Assembly: GCA_032718475.1 (NCBI GenBank)
Contig: JAUCBJ010002660.1
Coordinates: forward strand, 1,719-65,718
Length of the DNA stretch: 64,000 nucleotides
From: Nemertoderma westbladi
Lineage: Eukaryota; Animalia; Xenacoelomorpha
Reading direction: 5' to 3'
The notes below the pieces were generated by a model. That model did not search any database and was not told where the DNA came from. It saw only the letters and a list, made by a program, of their open reading frames with translations. This document shows positions 50,796 through 64,000 of this stretch, in pieces. Made by a program: the position numbers and the translations under genes. Each line of letters opens with the position of its first letter. Within the stretch, counting starts at the first letter, position 1.

Positions 50796-53700
50796 TAGGT
50801 CCTCCAATCCTCAGCTCCCCAATAGGCCCGGATGTAGGTCCATCTCTCCTCAGCTCCCCCAATAGGCCCGGATGTAGGTCCTCCTCTCATCAGCTCCCCA
50901 ATAGGCCCGTATGTAGGTCCTCCTCTCCTCAGCTCCCCAATAGGCCCGGATGTAGGTCCATCTCTCCTCAGCTCCCCCAATAGGCCCGGATGTAGGTCCT
51001 CCTCTCCTCAGCTCCCCCAATAGGCCCGTATGTAGGTCCTCCTCTCATCAGCTCCCCCAATAGGCCCGGATGTAGGTCCTCCTCTCCTCAGCTCTCCCAA
51101 TAGGCCCGGATGTAGGTCCTCCTCTCATCAGCTCCCCAATAGGCCCGGATGTAGGTCCATCTCTCATCAGCTCCCCCAATAGGCCCGGATGTAGGTCCTC
51201 CTCTCCTCAGCTCTCCCAATAGGCCCGGATGTAGGTCCTCCTCTCCTCAGCTCTCCCAATAGGCCCGGATGTAGGTCCTCCTCTCCTCAGCTCTCCCAAT
51301 AGGCCCGGATGTAGGTCCATCTCTCCTCAGCTCCCCCAATAGGCCCGGATGTAGGTCCTCCTCTCCTCAGCTCCCCCAATAGGCCCGGATGTAGGTCCTC
51401 CTCTCCTCAGCTCCCCCAATAGGCCCGGATGTAGGTCCTCCTCTCATCAGCTCCCCCAATAGGCCCGGATGTAGGTCCTCCTCTCCTCAGCTCCCCCAAT
51501 AGGCCCGTATGTAGGTCCATCTCTCCTCAGCTCCCCCAATAGGCCCGGATGTAGGTCCTCCTCTCCTCAGCTCCCCCAATAGGCCCGGATGTAGGTCCTC
51601 CTCTCCTCAGCTCTCCCAATAGGCCCGTATGTAGGTCCTCCTCTCCTCAGCTCCCCCAATAGGCCCGGATGTAGGTCCTCCTCTCCTCAGCTCTCCCAAT
51701 AGGCCCGGATGTAGGTCCTCCTCTCATCAGCTCCCCCAATAGGCCCGGATGTAGGTCCTCCTCTCCTCAGCTCCCCCAATAGGCCCGGATGTAGGTCCTC
51801 CTCTCCTCAGCTCCCCCAATAGGCCCGGATGTAGGTCCTCCTCTCATCAGCTCCCCCAATAGGCCCGGATGTAGGTCCTCCTCTCCTCAGCTCCCCCAAT
51901 AGGCCCGGATGTAGGTCCTCCTCTCCTCAGCTCCCCCAATAGGCCCGGATGTAGGTCCTCCTCTCCTCAGCTCTCCCAATAGGCCCGTATGTAGGTCCTC
52001 CTCTCCTCAGCTCCCCCAATAGGCCCGGATGTAGGTCCTCCTCTCCTCAGCTCTCCCAATAGGCCCGGATGTAGGTCCTCCTCTCATCAGCTCCCCCAAT
52101 AGGCCCGGATGTAGGTCCTCCTCTCATCAGCTCTCCCAATAGGCCCGGATGTAGGTCCTCCTCTCCTCAGCTCTCCCAATAGGCCCGGATGTAGGTCCTC
52201 CTCTCCTCAGCTCCCCCAATAGGCCCGGATGTAGGTCCTCCTCTCCTCAGCTCCCCCAATAGGCCCGGATGTAGGTCCTCCTCTCCTCAGCTCTCCCAAT
52301 AGGCCCGGATGTAGGTCCATCTCTCCTCAGCTCCCCCAATAGGCCCGTATGTAGGTCCTCCTCTCCTCAGCTCCCCCAATAGGCCCGGATGTAGGTCCAT
52401 CTCTCCTCAGCTCCCCCAATAGGCCCGTATGTAGGTCCTCCTCTCCTCAGCTCCCCCAATAGGCCCGGATGTAGGTCCTCCTCTCATCAGCTCTCCCAAT
52501 AGGCCCGGATGTAGGTCCATCTCTCCTCAGCTCCCCCAATAGGCCCGTATGTAGGTCCTCCTCTCCTCAGCTCCCCCAATAGGCCCGGATGTAGGTCCAT
52601 CTCTCCTCAGCTCCCCCAATAGGCCCGTATGTAGGTCCTCCTCTCCTCAGCTCCCCCAATAGGCCCGTATGTAGGTCCTCCTCTCCTCAGCTCCCCCAAT
52701 AGGCCCGGATGTAGGTCCATCTCTCCTCAGCTCCCCCAATAGGCCCGTATGTAGGTCCTCCTCTCCTCAGCTCCCCCAATAGGCCCGTATGTAGGTCCTC
52801 CTCTCCTCAGCTCCCCCAATAGGCCCGGATGTAGGTCCTCCTCTCATCAGCTCTCCCAATAGGCCCGGATGTAGGTCCTCCTCTCCTCAGCTCCCCCAAT
52901 AGGCCCGGATGTAGGTCCTCCTCTCATCAGCTCTCCCAATAGGCCCGTATGTAGGTCCATCTCTCCTCAGCTCCCCCAATAGGCCCGTATGTAGGTCCTC
53001 CTCTCCTCAGCTCCCCCAATAGGCCCGGATGTAGGTCCATCTCTCCTCAGCTCCCCCAATAGGCCCGTACGTAGGTCCTCCTCTCCTCAGCTCCCCCAAT
53101 AGGCCCGTATGTAGGTCCTCCTCTCCTCAGCTCCCCCAATAGGCCCGTATGTAGGTCCTCCTCTCCTCAGCTCTCCCAATAGGCCCGGATGTAGGTCCTC
53201 CTCTCCTCAGCTCCCCCAATAGGCCCGGATGTAGGTCCTCCTCTCCTCAGCTCCCCCAATAGGCCCGGATGTAGGTCCTCCTCTCCTCAGCTCCCCCAAT
53301 AGGCCCGGATGTAGGTCCTCCTCTCCTCAGCTCTCCCAATAGGCCCGGATGTAGGTCCTCCTCTCCTCAGCTCCCCCAATAGGCCCGGATGTAGGTCCTC
53401 CTCTCCTCAGCTCTCCCAATAGGCCCGGATGTAGGTCCTCCTCTCCTCAGCTCTCCCAATAGGCCCGGATGTAGGTCCTCCTCTCCTCAGCTCCCCCAAT
53501 AGGCCCGGATGTAGGTCCTCCTCTCCTCAGCTCTCCCAATAGGCCCGGATGTAGGTCCTCCTCTCCTCAGCTCCCCCAATAGGCCCGGATGTAGGTCCTC
53601 CTCTCCTCAGCTCCCCCAATAGGCCCGGATGTAGGTCCTCCTCTCCTCAGCTCCCCCAATAGGCCCGGATGTAGATCATCCTCTCCTCAGCTCCCCCAAT
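50795..53700. repeat. 40-bp minisatellite (~72 copies)
   Basis: Unit aataggcccggatgtaggtcctcctctcctcagctccccc; strict period 40 after the first few copies. Confidence 0.97.
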
Positions 53701-53780
53701 ACATCCACCAAGGAATAGATGGCCCGATACTATATTTATGTTGTGGCCCCAAAAACTCGTTCAGTCTCCTGCACAAACTC

Positions 53781-56700
53781 GTACTCCAACATCGCGACTG
53801 GGTCCCTCTGGGTGGTTCCCTCTTCGAGGTGGGTGGATGGGAGGATCCCAGAAGAAGTACTCCAACATCGCGACGGGTCCCTCTGGGTGGTTACCTCCTC
53901 GAGGTGGGTGGATGGGAGGATCCCAGAGGAAGTACTCCAACATCGCGACTGGGTCCCTCTGGGTGGTTCCCTCCTCGAGGTGGGTGGATAGGAGGATCCC
54001 AGAGGAAGTACTCCAACATCGCGACTGGGTCCCTCTGGGTGGTTCCCTCCTCGAGGTGGGTGGGAGGGAGGATCCCAGAAGAACTACTCCAACATCACGA
54101 CTGGTTCCCTCTGGGTGGTTCCCTCTCGAGGTTGGTGGGAGGGAGGATCCCAGAGGAAGTACTCCAACATCGCGACTGGGTCCCTCTGGGTGGTTCTCTC
54201 CTCGAGGTGGGTGGATGGGAGGATCCCAGAGGAAGTACTCCAACATCGCGACTGGGTCCCTCTGGGTGGTTCCCTCCTCGAGATGGGTGGATGGGAGGAT
54301 CCCAGAGGAAGTACTCCAACATCGCGATGGGTCCCTCTGGGTGGTTCCCTCCTCGAGGTGGGTGGGATGGAGGATCCCAGAGGAAGTACTCCAACATCGC
54401 GACTGGGTCCCTCTGGGTGGTTCCCTCCTCGAGGTGGGTGGGAGGGAGGATCCCAGAGGAACTACTCCAACATCGCGACTGGTTCCCTCTGGGTGGTTCC
54501 CTCCTCGAGGTTGGTGGGCGTGGGAGGGAGGATCCCAGAGGAAGTACTCCAACATCGCGACTGGGTCCCTCTGGGTGGTTCCCCCCTCGAGGTGGGTGGA
54601 TGGGAGGATCCCAGAGGAAGTACTCCAAAATCGCGACTGGTTCCCTCTGGGTGGTTCCCTCCTCGACGTGGTTGGGAGGGAGGATCCCAGAGGAAGTACT
54701 CCAACATCGCGACTGGTTCCCTCTGGGTGGTTCCCTCCTCGAGGTGGGTGGGACGGAGGATCCCAGAGGAAGTACTCCAACATCGCGACTGGTTCCCTCT
54801 GGGTGGTTCCCTCCTCGAGGTGGGTGGGAGGGAGGATCCCAGAGGAAGTACTCCAACATCGCGACTGGGTCCCTCTGGGTGTTTCCCTCCTCGACGTGGG
54901 TGGATGGGAGGATCCCAGAGGAAGTACTCCAACATCGCGACTGGGTCCCTCTGGGTGGTTCCCTCCTCGAGGTGGGTGGATGGGAGGATCCCAGACGAAG
55001 TACTCCAACATCGCGACGGGTCCCTCTGGGTGGTTCCCTCCTCGAGGTGGGTGGATGGGAGGATCCCAGAGGAAGTACTCCAACATCGCGACTGGGTCCC
55101 TCTGGGTGGTTCCCTCCTCGAGGTGGTTGGAAGGGAGGATCGCAGAGGAGTACTCCAACATCGCGACGGGTCCCTCTGGGTGGTTCCCTCCTCGAGGTGG
55201 GTGGATGGGAGGATCCCAGAGGAAGTACTCCAACACGCGACTGGGTCCCTCTGGGTGGTTCCCTCCTCGAGGTGGTTGGGAGGGAGGCTCCCAGAGGAAG
55301 TACTCCAACATCGCGACGGGTCCCTCTGGGTGGTTCCCTCCTCGAGGTGGGTGGGAGGGAGGATCCCAGAGGAAGTACTCCAACATCGCGACTGGGTCCC
55401 TCTGGGTGGTTCCCTCCTCGAGGTGGTTGGGAGGGAGGATCGCAGAGGAAGTACTCCGACATCGCGACGGTCCCTCTGGGTGGTTCCCTCCTCGAGGTGG
55501 GTGGATGGGAGGATCCCAGAGGAAGTACTCCAACATCGCGACTGGGTCCCTCTGGGTGGTTCCCTCCTCGAGGTAGGTGGATCCCAGAGGAAGTACTCCA
55601 ACATCGCGACTGGTTCCCTCTGGGTGGTTCCCTCCTCGAGGTGGGTGGGAGGGTGGATCCCAGAGGAAGTACTCCAACATCGCGATTGGGTCCCTCTGGG
55701 TGGTTCCCTCCTCGAGGTGGTTGGGAGGGAGGCTCCCAGAGGAAGTACTCCAACATCGCGACGGGTCCCTCTGGGTGGTTCCCTCGTCGAGGTGGGTGGG
55801 AGGGAGGATCCCAGAGGAAGTACTCCAACATCGCGACGGGTCCCTCTGGGTGGTTCCCTCCTCGAGGTGGGTGGATGGGAGGATCCCAGAGGAAGTACTC
55901 CAACATCGCGACTGGGTCCCTCTGGGTGGTTCCCTCCTCGAGGTGGTTGGGAGGGAGGATCGCAGAGGAGTACTCCAACATCGCGACGGGTCCCTCTGGG
56001 TGGTTCCCTCCTCGAGGTGGGTGGATGGGAGGATCCCAGAGGAAGTACTCCAACATCGCGACTGGGTCCCTCTGGATGGTTCCCTCCTCGAGGTGGTTGG
56101 GAGGGAGGCTCCCAGAGGAAGTACTCCAACATCGCGACGGGTCCCTCTGGGTGGTTCCCTCCTCGAGGTGGGTGGGAGGGAGGATCCCAGAGGAAGTACT
56201 CCAACATCGCGATTGGTTCCCTCTGGGTGGTTCCCTCCTCGAGGTGGTTGGGAGGGAGGATCCCAGAGGAAGTACTCCAACATCGCGACGGGTCCCTCTG
56301 GGTGGTTCCCTCCTCGAGGTGGGTGGATGGGAGGATCCCAGAGGAAGTACTCCAACATCGCGACTGGGTCCCTCTGGGTGGTTCCCTCATCGAGGTGGGT
56401 GAATGGGAGGATCCCAGAGGAAGTACTCCAACATCGCGACTGGGTCCCTCTGGGTGGTTCCCTCCTCGAGGTGGTTGGGAGGGAGGATCCCAGAGGAAGT
56501 ACTCCAACATCGCGACTGGGTCCCTCTGTGTGGTTCCCTCCTCGAGGTGGTTGGGAGGGAGGATCACAGTGGAAGTACTCCAACATCGCGACGGGTCCCT
56601 CTGGGTGGTTCCCTCCTCGAGGTGGGTGGATGGGAGGATCCCAGAGGAAGTACTCCAACATCGCGACGGGTCCCTCTGGGTGGTTCCCTCTTCGAGGTGG

Positions 56701-59700
56701 GTGGATGGGAGGATCCCAGAGGAAGTACTCCAACATCGCGACTGGGTCCCTCTGGGTGGTTCCCTCCTCGAGGTGGTTGGGAGGGAGGCTCCCAGAGGAA
56801 GTACTCCAACATCGCGACGGGTCCCTCTGGGTGGTTCCCTCCTCGAGGTGGGTGGGAGGGAGGATCCCAGAGGAAGTACTCCAACATCGCGACTGGGTCC
56901 CTCTGGGTGGTTCCCTCCTCGAGGTGGTTGGGAGGGAGGATCGCAGAGGAAGTACTCCGACATCGCGACGGTCCCTCTGGGTGGTTCCCTCCTCGAGGTG
57001 GGTGGATGGGAGGATCCCAGAGGAAGTACTCCAACATCGCGACTGGGTCCCTCTGGGTGGTTCCCTCCTCGAGGTAGGTGGATCCCAGAGGAAGTACTCC
57101 AACATCGCGACTGGTTCCCTCTGGGTGGTTCCCTCCTCGAGGTGGGTGGGAGGGTGGATCCCAGAGGAAGTACTCCAACATCGCGATTGGGTCCCTCTGG
57201 GTGTTTCCCTCCTCGAGGTGGTTGGGAGGGAGGCTCCCAGAGGAAGTACTCCAACATCGCGACGGGTCCCTCTGGGTGGTTCCCTCGTCGAGGTGGGTGG
57301 GAGGGAGGATCCCAGAGGAAGTAATCCAACATCGCGACGGGTCCCTCTGGGTGGTTCCCTCCTCGAGGTGGGTGGATGGGAGGATCCCAGAGGAAGTACT
57401 CCAACATCGCGACTGGGTCCCTCTGGGTGGTTCCCTCCTCGAGGTGGTTGGGAGGGAGGATCGCAGAGGAGTACTCCAACATCGCGACGGGTCCCTCTGG
57501 GTGGTTCCCTCCTCGAGGTGGGTGGATGGGAGGATCCCAGAGGAAGTACTCCAACATCGCGACTGGGTCCCTCTGGATGGTTCCCTCCTCGAGGTGGTTG
57601 GGAGGGAGGCTCCCAGAGGAAGTACTCCAACATCGCGACGGGTCCCTCTGGGTGGTTCCCTCCTCGAGGTGGGTGGGAGGGAGGATCCCAGAGGAAGTAC
57701 TCCAACATCGCGATTGGTTCCCTCTGGGTGGTTCCCTCCTCGAGGTGGTTGGGAGGGAGGATCCCAGAGGAAGTACTCCAACATCGCGACGGGTCCCTCT
57801 GGGTGGTTCCCTCCTCGAGGTGGGTGGATGGGAGGATCCCAGAGGAAGTACTCCAACATCGCGACTGGGTCCCTCTGGGTGGTTCCCTCCTCGAGGTGGG
57901 TGAATGGGAGGATCCCAGAGGAAGTACTCCAACATCGCGACTGGGTCCCTCTGGGTGGTTCCCTCCTCGAGGTGGTTGGGAGGGAGGATCCCAGAGGAAG
58001 TACTCCAACATCGCGACTGGGTCCCTCTGTGTGGTTCCCTCCTCGAGGTGGTTGGGAGGGAGGATCACAGTGGAAGTACTCCAACATCGCGACGGGTCCC
58101 TCTGGGTGGTTCCCTCTTCGAGGTGGGTGGATGGGAGGATCCCAGAGGAAGTACTCCAACATCGCGACTGGGTCCCTCTGGGTGGTTCCCTCCTCGAGGT
58201 GGTTGGGTGGGAGGATCCCAGAGGAAGTACTCCAACATCGCGACTGGTTCCCTCTGGGTGGTTCCCTCCTCGAGGTGGGTGGGAGGGAGGATCCCAGAGG
58301 AAGTACTCCAACATCGCGACTGGTTCCCTCTGGGTGGCTCCCTCCTCGAGGTGGGTGGGAGGGAGGATCCCAGAGAAAGTACTCCAACATCGCGACTGGT
58401 TCCCTCTGGGTGGTTCCCTCTTCGAGGTGGGTGGGAGGGAGGATCCCAGAGGAAGTACTCCAACATCGCGACGGGTCCCTCTGGGTGGTTCCCTCATCGA
58501 GGTGGGTGGTATGGAGGATCCCAGAGGAAGTACTCCAACATCGCGACTGGGTCCCTCTGGGTGGTTCCCTCCTCGAGGTGGGTGGGAGGGAGGATCCCAG
58601 AGGAAGTACTCCAACATCGCGACTGGGTCCCTCTGTGTGGTTCCCTCCTTGAGGTGGTTGGGAGGGAGGATCCCAGTGGAAGTACTCCAACATCGCGACG
58701 GGTCCCTCTGGGTGGTTCCCTCTTCGAGGTGGGTGGGAGGGAGGATCCCAGAGGAAGTACTCCAACATCGCGACGGGTCCCTCTGGGTGGTTCCCTCATC
58801 GAGGTGGGTGGGAGGGAGGATCCCAGAGAAAGTACTCCAACATCGCGACTGGTTCCCTCTGGGTGGTTCCCTCTTCGAGGTGGGTGGGAGGGAGGATCCC
58901 AGAGGAAGTACTCCAACATCGCGACGGGTCCCTCTGGGTGGTTCCCTCATCGAGGTGGGTGGTATGGAGGATCCCAGAGGAAGTACTCCAACATCGCGAC
59001 TGGTTCCCTCTGGGTGGTTCCCTCCTCGAGGTGGGTGGGAGGGAGGATCCCAGAGGAAGTACTCCAACATCGCGACTGGTTCCCTCTGGGTGGCTCCCTC
59101 CTCGAGGTGGGTGGGAGGGAGGATCCCAGAGAAAGTACTCCAACATCGCGACTGGTTCCCTCTGGGTGGTTCCCTCATCGAGGTGGGTGGGAGGGAGGAT
59201 CCCAGAGGAAGTACTCCAACATCGCGACGGGTCCCTCTGGGTGGTTCCCTCATCGAGGTGGGTGGTATGGAGGATCCCAGAGGAAGTACTCCAACATCGC
59301 GACTGGGTCCCTCTGGGTGGTTCCCTCCTCGAGGTGGGTGGGAGGGAGGATCCCAGAGGAAGTACTCCAACATCGCGACTGGGTCCCTCTGTGTGGTTCC
59401 CTCCTTGAGGTGGTTGGGAGGGAGGATCCCAGTGGAAGTACTCCAACATCGCGACGGGTCCCTCTGGGTGGTTCCCTCCTCGAGGTGGGTGGATGGGAGG
59501 ATCCCAGAGGAAGTACTCCAACATCGCGACTGGGTCCCTCTGGGTGGTTCCCTCCTCGAGGTGGTTGGGTGGGAGGATCCCAGAGGAAGTACTCCAACAT
59601 CGCGACTGGTTCCCTCTGGGTGGTTCCCTCCTCGGGGTGGGTGGGAGGGAGGATCCCAGAGGAAGTACTCCAACATCGCGACTGGTTCCCTCTGGGTGGT

Positions 59701-62700
59701 TCCCTCCTCGAGGTGGGTGGGAGGGAGGATCCCAGAGGAAGTACTCCAACATCGCGACTGGTTCCCTCTGGGTGGTTCCCTCCTCGAGGTGGGTGGGAGG
59801 GAGGATCCCAGAGGAAGTACTCCAACATCGCGACGGGTCCCTCTGGGTGGTTCCCTCCTCGAGGTGGGTGGGATGGAGGATCCCAGAGGAAGTACTCCAA
59901 CATCGCGACTGGGTCCCTCTGGGTGGTTCCCTCCTCGAGGTGTGTGGGAGGGAGGATCCCAGAGGAACTACTCCAACATCGCGACTGGTTCCCTCTGGGT
60001 GGTTCCCTCCTCTAGGTTGGTGGGAGGGAGGATCCCAGAGGAAGTACTCCAACATCGCGATTGGGTCCCTCTGGGTTGTTCCCCCCTCGAGGTGGGTGGA
60101 TGGGAGGATCCCAGAGGAAGTACTCCAACATCGCGACTGGTTCCCTCTGGGTGGTTCCCTCCTCGACGTGGTTGGGAGGGAGGATCCCAGAGGAAGTACT
60201 CCAACATCGCGACTGGTTCCCTCTGGGTGGTTCCCTCCTCGAGGTGGGTGGGAGGGAGGCTCCCAGAGGAAGTACTCCAACATCGCGACGGGTCCCTCTG
60301 GGTGGTTCCCTCCTCGAGGTGGGTGGGAGGGAGGATCCCAGAGGAAGTACTCCAACATCGCGATTGGTTCCCTCTGGGTGGTTCCCTCCTCGAGGTGGTT
60401 GGGAGGGAGGATCCCAGAGGAAGTACTCCAACATCGCGACTGGTTCCCTCTGGGTGGCTCCCTCCTCGAGGTGGGTGGGAGGGAGGATCCCAGAGAAAGT
60501 ACTCCAACATCGCGACTGGTTCCCTCTGGGTGGCTCCCTCCTCGAGGTGGGTGGGAGGGAGGATCCCAGAGGAAGTACTCCAACATCGCGACGGGTCCCT
60601 CTGGGTGGTTCCCTCATCGAGGTGGGTGGTATGGAGGATCCCAGAGGAAGTACTCCAACATCGCGACTGGGTCCCTCTGGGTGGTTCCCTCCTCGAGGTG
60701 GGTGGGAGGGAGGATCCCAGAGGAAGTACTCCAACATCGCGACTGGGTCCCTCTGTGTGGTTCCCTCCTTGAGGTGGTTGGGAGGGAGGATCCCAGTGGA
60801 AGTACTCCAACATCGCGACGGGTCCCTCTGGGTGGTTCCCTCCTCGAGGTGGGTGGATGGGAGGATCCCAGAGGAAGTACTCCAACATCGCGACTGGGTC
60901 CCTCTGGGTGGTTCCCTCCTCGAGGTGGTTGGGAGGGAGGATCGCAGAGGAGTACTCCAACATCGCGACGGGTCCCTCTGGGTGGTTCCCTCCTCGAGGT
61001 GGGTGGATGGGAGGATCCCAGAGGAAGTACTCCAACATCGCGACTGGGTCCCTCTGGATGGTTCCCTCCTCGAGGTGGTTGGGAGGGAGGCTCCCAGAGG
61101 AAGTACTCCAACATCGCGACGGGTCCCTCTGGGTGGTTCCCTCCTCGAGGTGGGTGGGAGGGAGGATCCCAGAGGAAGTACTCCAACATCGCGATTGGTT
61201 CCCTCTGGGTGGTTCCCTCCTCGAGGTGGTTGGGAGGGAGGATCCCAGAGGAAGTACTCCAACATCGCGACGGGTCCCTCTGGGTGGTTCCCTCCTCGAG
61301 GTGGGTGGATGGGAGGATCCCAGAGGAAGTACTCCAACATCGCGACTGGGTCCCTCTGGGTGGTTCCCTCCTCGAGGTGGGTGAATGGGAGGATCCCAGA
61401 GGAAGTACTCCAACATCGCGACTGGGTCCCTCTGGGTGGTTCCCTCCTCGAGGTGGTTGGGAGGGAGGATCCCAGAGGAAGTACTCCAACATCGCGACTG
61501 GGTCCCTCTGTGTGGTTCCCTCCTCGAGGTGGTTGGGAGGGAGGATCACAGTGGAAGTACTCCAACATCGCGACGGGTCCCTCTGGGTGGTTCCCTCTTC
61601 GAGGTGGGTGGATGGGAGGATCCCAGAGGAAGTACTCCAACATCCCGACTGGGTCCCTCTGGGTGGTTCCCTCCTCGAGGTGGTTGGGTGGGAGGATCCC
61701 AGAGGAAGTACTCCAACATCGCGACTGGTTCCCTCTGGGTGGTTCCCTCCTCGAGGTGGGTGGGAGGGAGGATCCCAGAGGAAGTACTCCAACATCGCGA
61801 CTGGTTCCCTCTGGGTGGCTCCCTCCTCGAGGTGGGTGGGAGGGAGGATCCCAGAGAAAGTACTCCAACATCGCGACTGGTTCCCTCTGGGTGGTTCCCT
61901 CTTCGAGGTGGGTGGGAGGGAGGATCCCAGAGGAAGTACTCCAACATCGCGACGGGTCCCTCTGGGTGGTTCCCTCATCGAGGTGGGTGGTATGGAGGAT
62001 CCCAGAGGAAGTACTCCAACATCGCGACTGGGTCCCTCTGGGTGGTTCCCTCCTCGAGGTGGGTGGGAGGGAGGATCCCAGAGGAAGTACTCCAACATCG
62101 CGACTGGGTCCCTCTGTGTGGTTCCCTCCTTGAGGTGGTTGGGAGGGAGGATCCCAGTGGAAGTACTCCAACATCGCGACGGGTCCCTCTGGGTGGTTCC
62201 CTCCTCGAGGTGGGTGGATGGGAGGATCCCAGAGGAAGTACTCCAACATCGCGACTGGGTCCCTCTGGGTGGTTCCCTCCTCGAGGTGGTTGGGTGGGAG
62301 GATCCCAGAGGAAGTACTCCAACATCGCGACTGGTTCCCTCTGGGTGGTTCCCTCCTCGGGGTGGGTGGGAGGGAGGATCCCAGAGGAAGTACTCCAACA
62401 TCGCGACTGGTTCCCTCTGGGTGGTTCCCTCCTCGAGGTGGGTGGGAGGGAGGATCCCAGAGGAAGTACTCCAACATCGCGACTGGTTCCCTCTGGGTGG
62501 TTCCCTCCTCGAGGTGGGTGGGAGGGAGGATCCCAGAGGAAGTACTCCAACATCGCGACGGGTCCCTCTGGGTGGTTCCCTCCTCGAGGTGGGTGGATGG
62601 GAGGATCCCAGAGGAAGTACTCCAACATCGCGACTGGGTCCCTCTGGGTGGTTCCCTCCTCGAGGTGGGTGGATGGGAGGATCCCAGAGGAAGTACTCCA

Positions 62701-64000
62701 ACATCGCGACTGGGTCCCTCTGTGTGGTTCCCTCCTCGAGGTGGTTGGGAGGGAGGATCCCAGAGGAAGTACTCCAACATCGCGACGGGTCCCTCTGGGT
62801 GGTTCCCTCCTCGAGGTGGGTGGATGGGAGGATCCCAGAGGAAGTACTCCAACATCGCGACTGGTTCCCTCTGGGTGGTTCCCTCCTCTAGGTTGGTGGG
62901 AGGGAGGATCCCAGAGGAAGTACTCCAACATCGCGATTGGGTCCCTCTGGGTTGTTCCCCCCTCGAGGTGGGTGGATGGGAGGATCCCAGAGGAAGTACT
63001 CCAACATCGCGACTGGTTCCCTCTGGGTGGTTCCCTCCTCGACGTGGTTGGGAGGGAGGATCCCAGAGGAAGTACTCCAACATCGCGACTGGTTCCCTCT
63101 GGGTGGTTCCCTCCTCGAGGTGGGTGGGAGGGAGGCTCCCAGAGGAAGTACTCCAACATCGCGACGGGTCCCTCTGGGTGGTTCCCTCCTCGAGGTGGGT
63201 GGGAGGGAGGATCCCAGAGGAAGTACTCCAACATCGCGATTGGTTCCCTCTGGGTGGTTCCCTCCTCGAGGTGGTTGGGAGGGAGGATCCCAGAGGAAGT
63301 ACTCCAACATCGCGACTGGTTCCCTCTGGGTGGCTCCCTCCTCGAGGTGGGTGGGAGGGAGGATCCCAGAGAAAGTACTCCAACATCGCGACTGGTTCCC
63401 TCTGGGTGGTTCCCTCCTCGAGGTGGGTGGGAGGGAGGATCCCAGAGGAAGTACTCCAACATCGCGACGGGTCCCTCTGGGTGGTTCCCTCATCGAGGTG
63501 GGTGGTATGGAGGATCCCAGAGGAAGTACTCCAACATCGCGACTGGGTCCCTCTGGGTGGTTCCCTCCTCGAGGTGGGTGGGAGGGAGGATCCCAGAGGA
63601 AGTACTCCAACATCGCGACTGGGTCCCTCTGTGTGGTTCCCTCCTTGAGGTGGTTGGGAGGGAGGATCCCAGTGGAAGTACTCCAACATCGCGACGGGTC
63701 CCTCTGGGTGGTTCCCTCCTCGAGGTGGGTGGATGGGAGGATCCCAGAGGAAGTACTCCAACATCGCGACTGGGTCCCTCTGGGTGGTTCCCTCCTCGAG
63801 GTGGTTGGGTGGGAGGATCCCAGAGGAAGTACTCCAACATCGCGACTGGTTCCCTCTGGGTGGTTCCCTCCTCGGGGTGGGTGGGAGGGAGGATCCCAGA
63901 GGAAGTACTCCAACATCGCGACTGGTTCCCTCTGGGTGGTTCCCTCCTCGAGGTGGGTGGGAGGGAGGATCCCAGAGGAAGTACTCCAACATCGCGACTG
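53781..64000. repeat. 75/76-bp GC-rich satellite (>130 copies, runs off the window) with kb-scale block duplications
   Basis: Unit gtactccaacatcgcgac(t)gggtccctctgggtggttccctcctcgaggtgggtggatgggaggatcccagaggaa; rare variants recur at offsets of 1501, 2876 and 3481 bp. Confidence 0.97.

Noticed and set aside
50795-53700. CTGAGGA/CTGATGA on the minus strand of the 40-mer, suggesting hammerhead ribozymes
   Set aside because: No GAAA core partner or stems II/III in the monomer.
53719-63992. Very long ORFs (up to 1971 aa) in all six frames
   Set aside because: Translations of a stop-free 75/76-bp satellite, open on both strands; no domain content.

Overview
This is AT-rich, repeat-dense metazoan (probably invertebrate) nuclear DNA with no prokaryotic features. 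Only two host genes are supported, both with single-exon CDSs on the minus strand: a PPP1R37-like LRR protein with an in-frame 16-aa tandem repeat, and a ZDHHC24-like palmitoyltransferase. The main element is a 13.4-kb minus-strand BEL/Pao LTR retrotransposon (36265-49709) with 1168-bp LTRs about 99% identical by eye and a 5-bp TSD (CCCAC). It keeps gag and protease but has lost RT and most of RNase H and integrase. It also carries an extra ORF between pol and the 3' LTR. That ORF is decayed in this copy but intact (728 aa) in an adjacent sister remnant (31515-35730). The two copies differ by many synonymous changes, and the product looks soluble and nuclear rather than Env-like; it is the best novelty candidate here. 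The rest is satellites and minisatellites (208, 47, ~10, 21, 40 and 75/76 bp), TIR/foldback elements (one hAT-like with an 8-bp TSD, one with a TA TSD), and LINE/PLE fragments (RTE-like, RTE-X-like, CRE-like, Penelope GIY-YIG). All comparisons were done by eye; no database searches were run.
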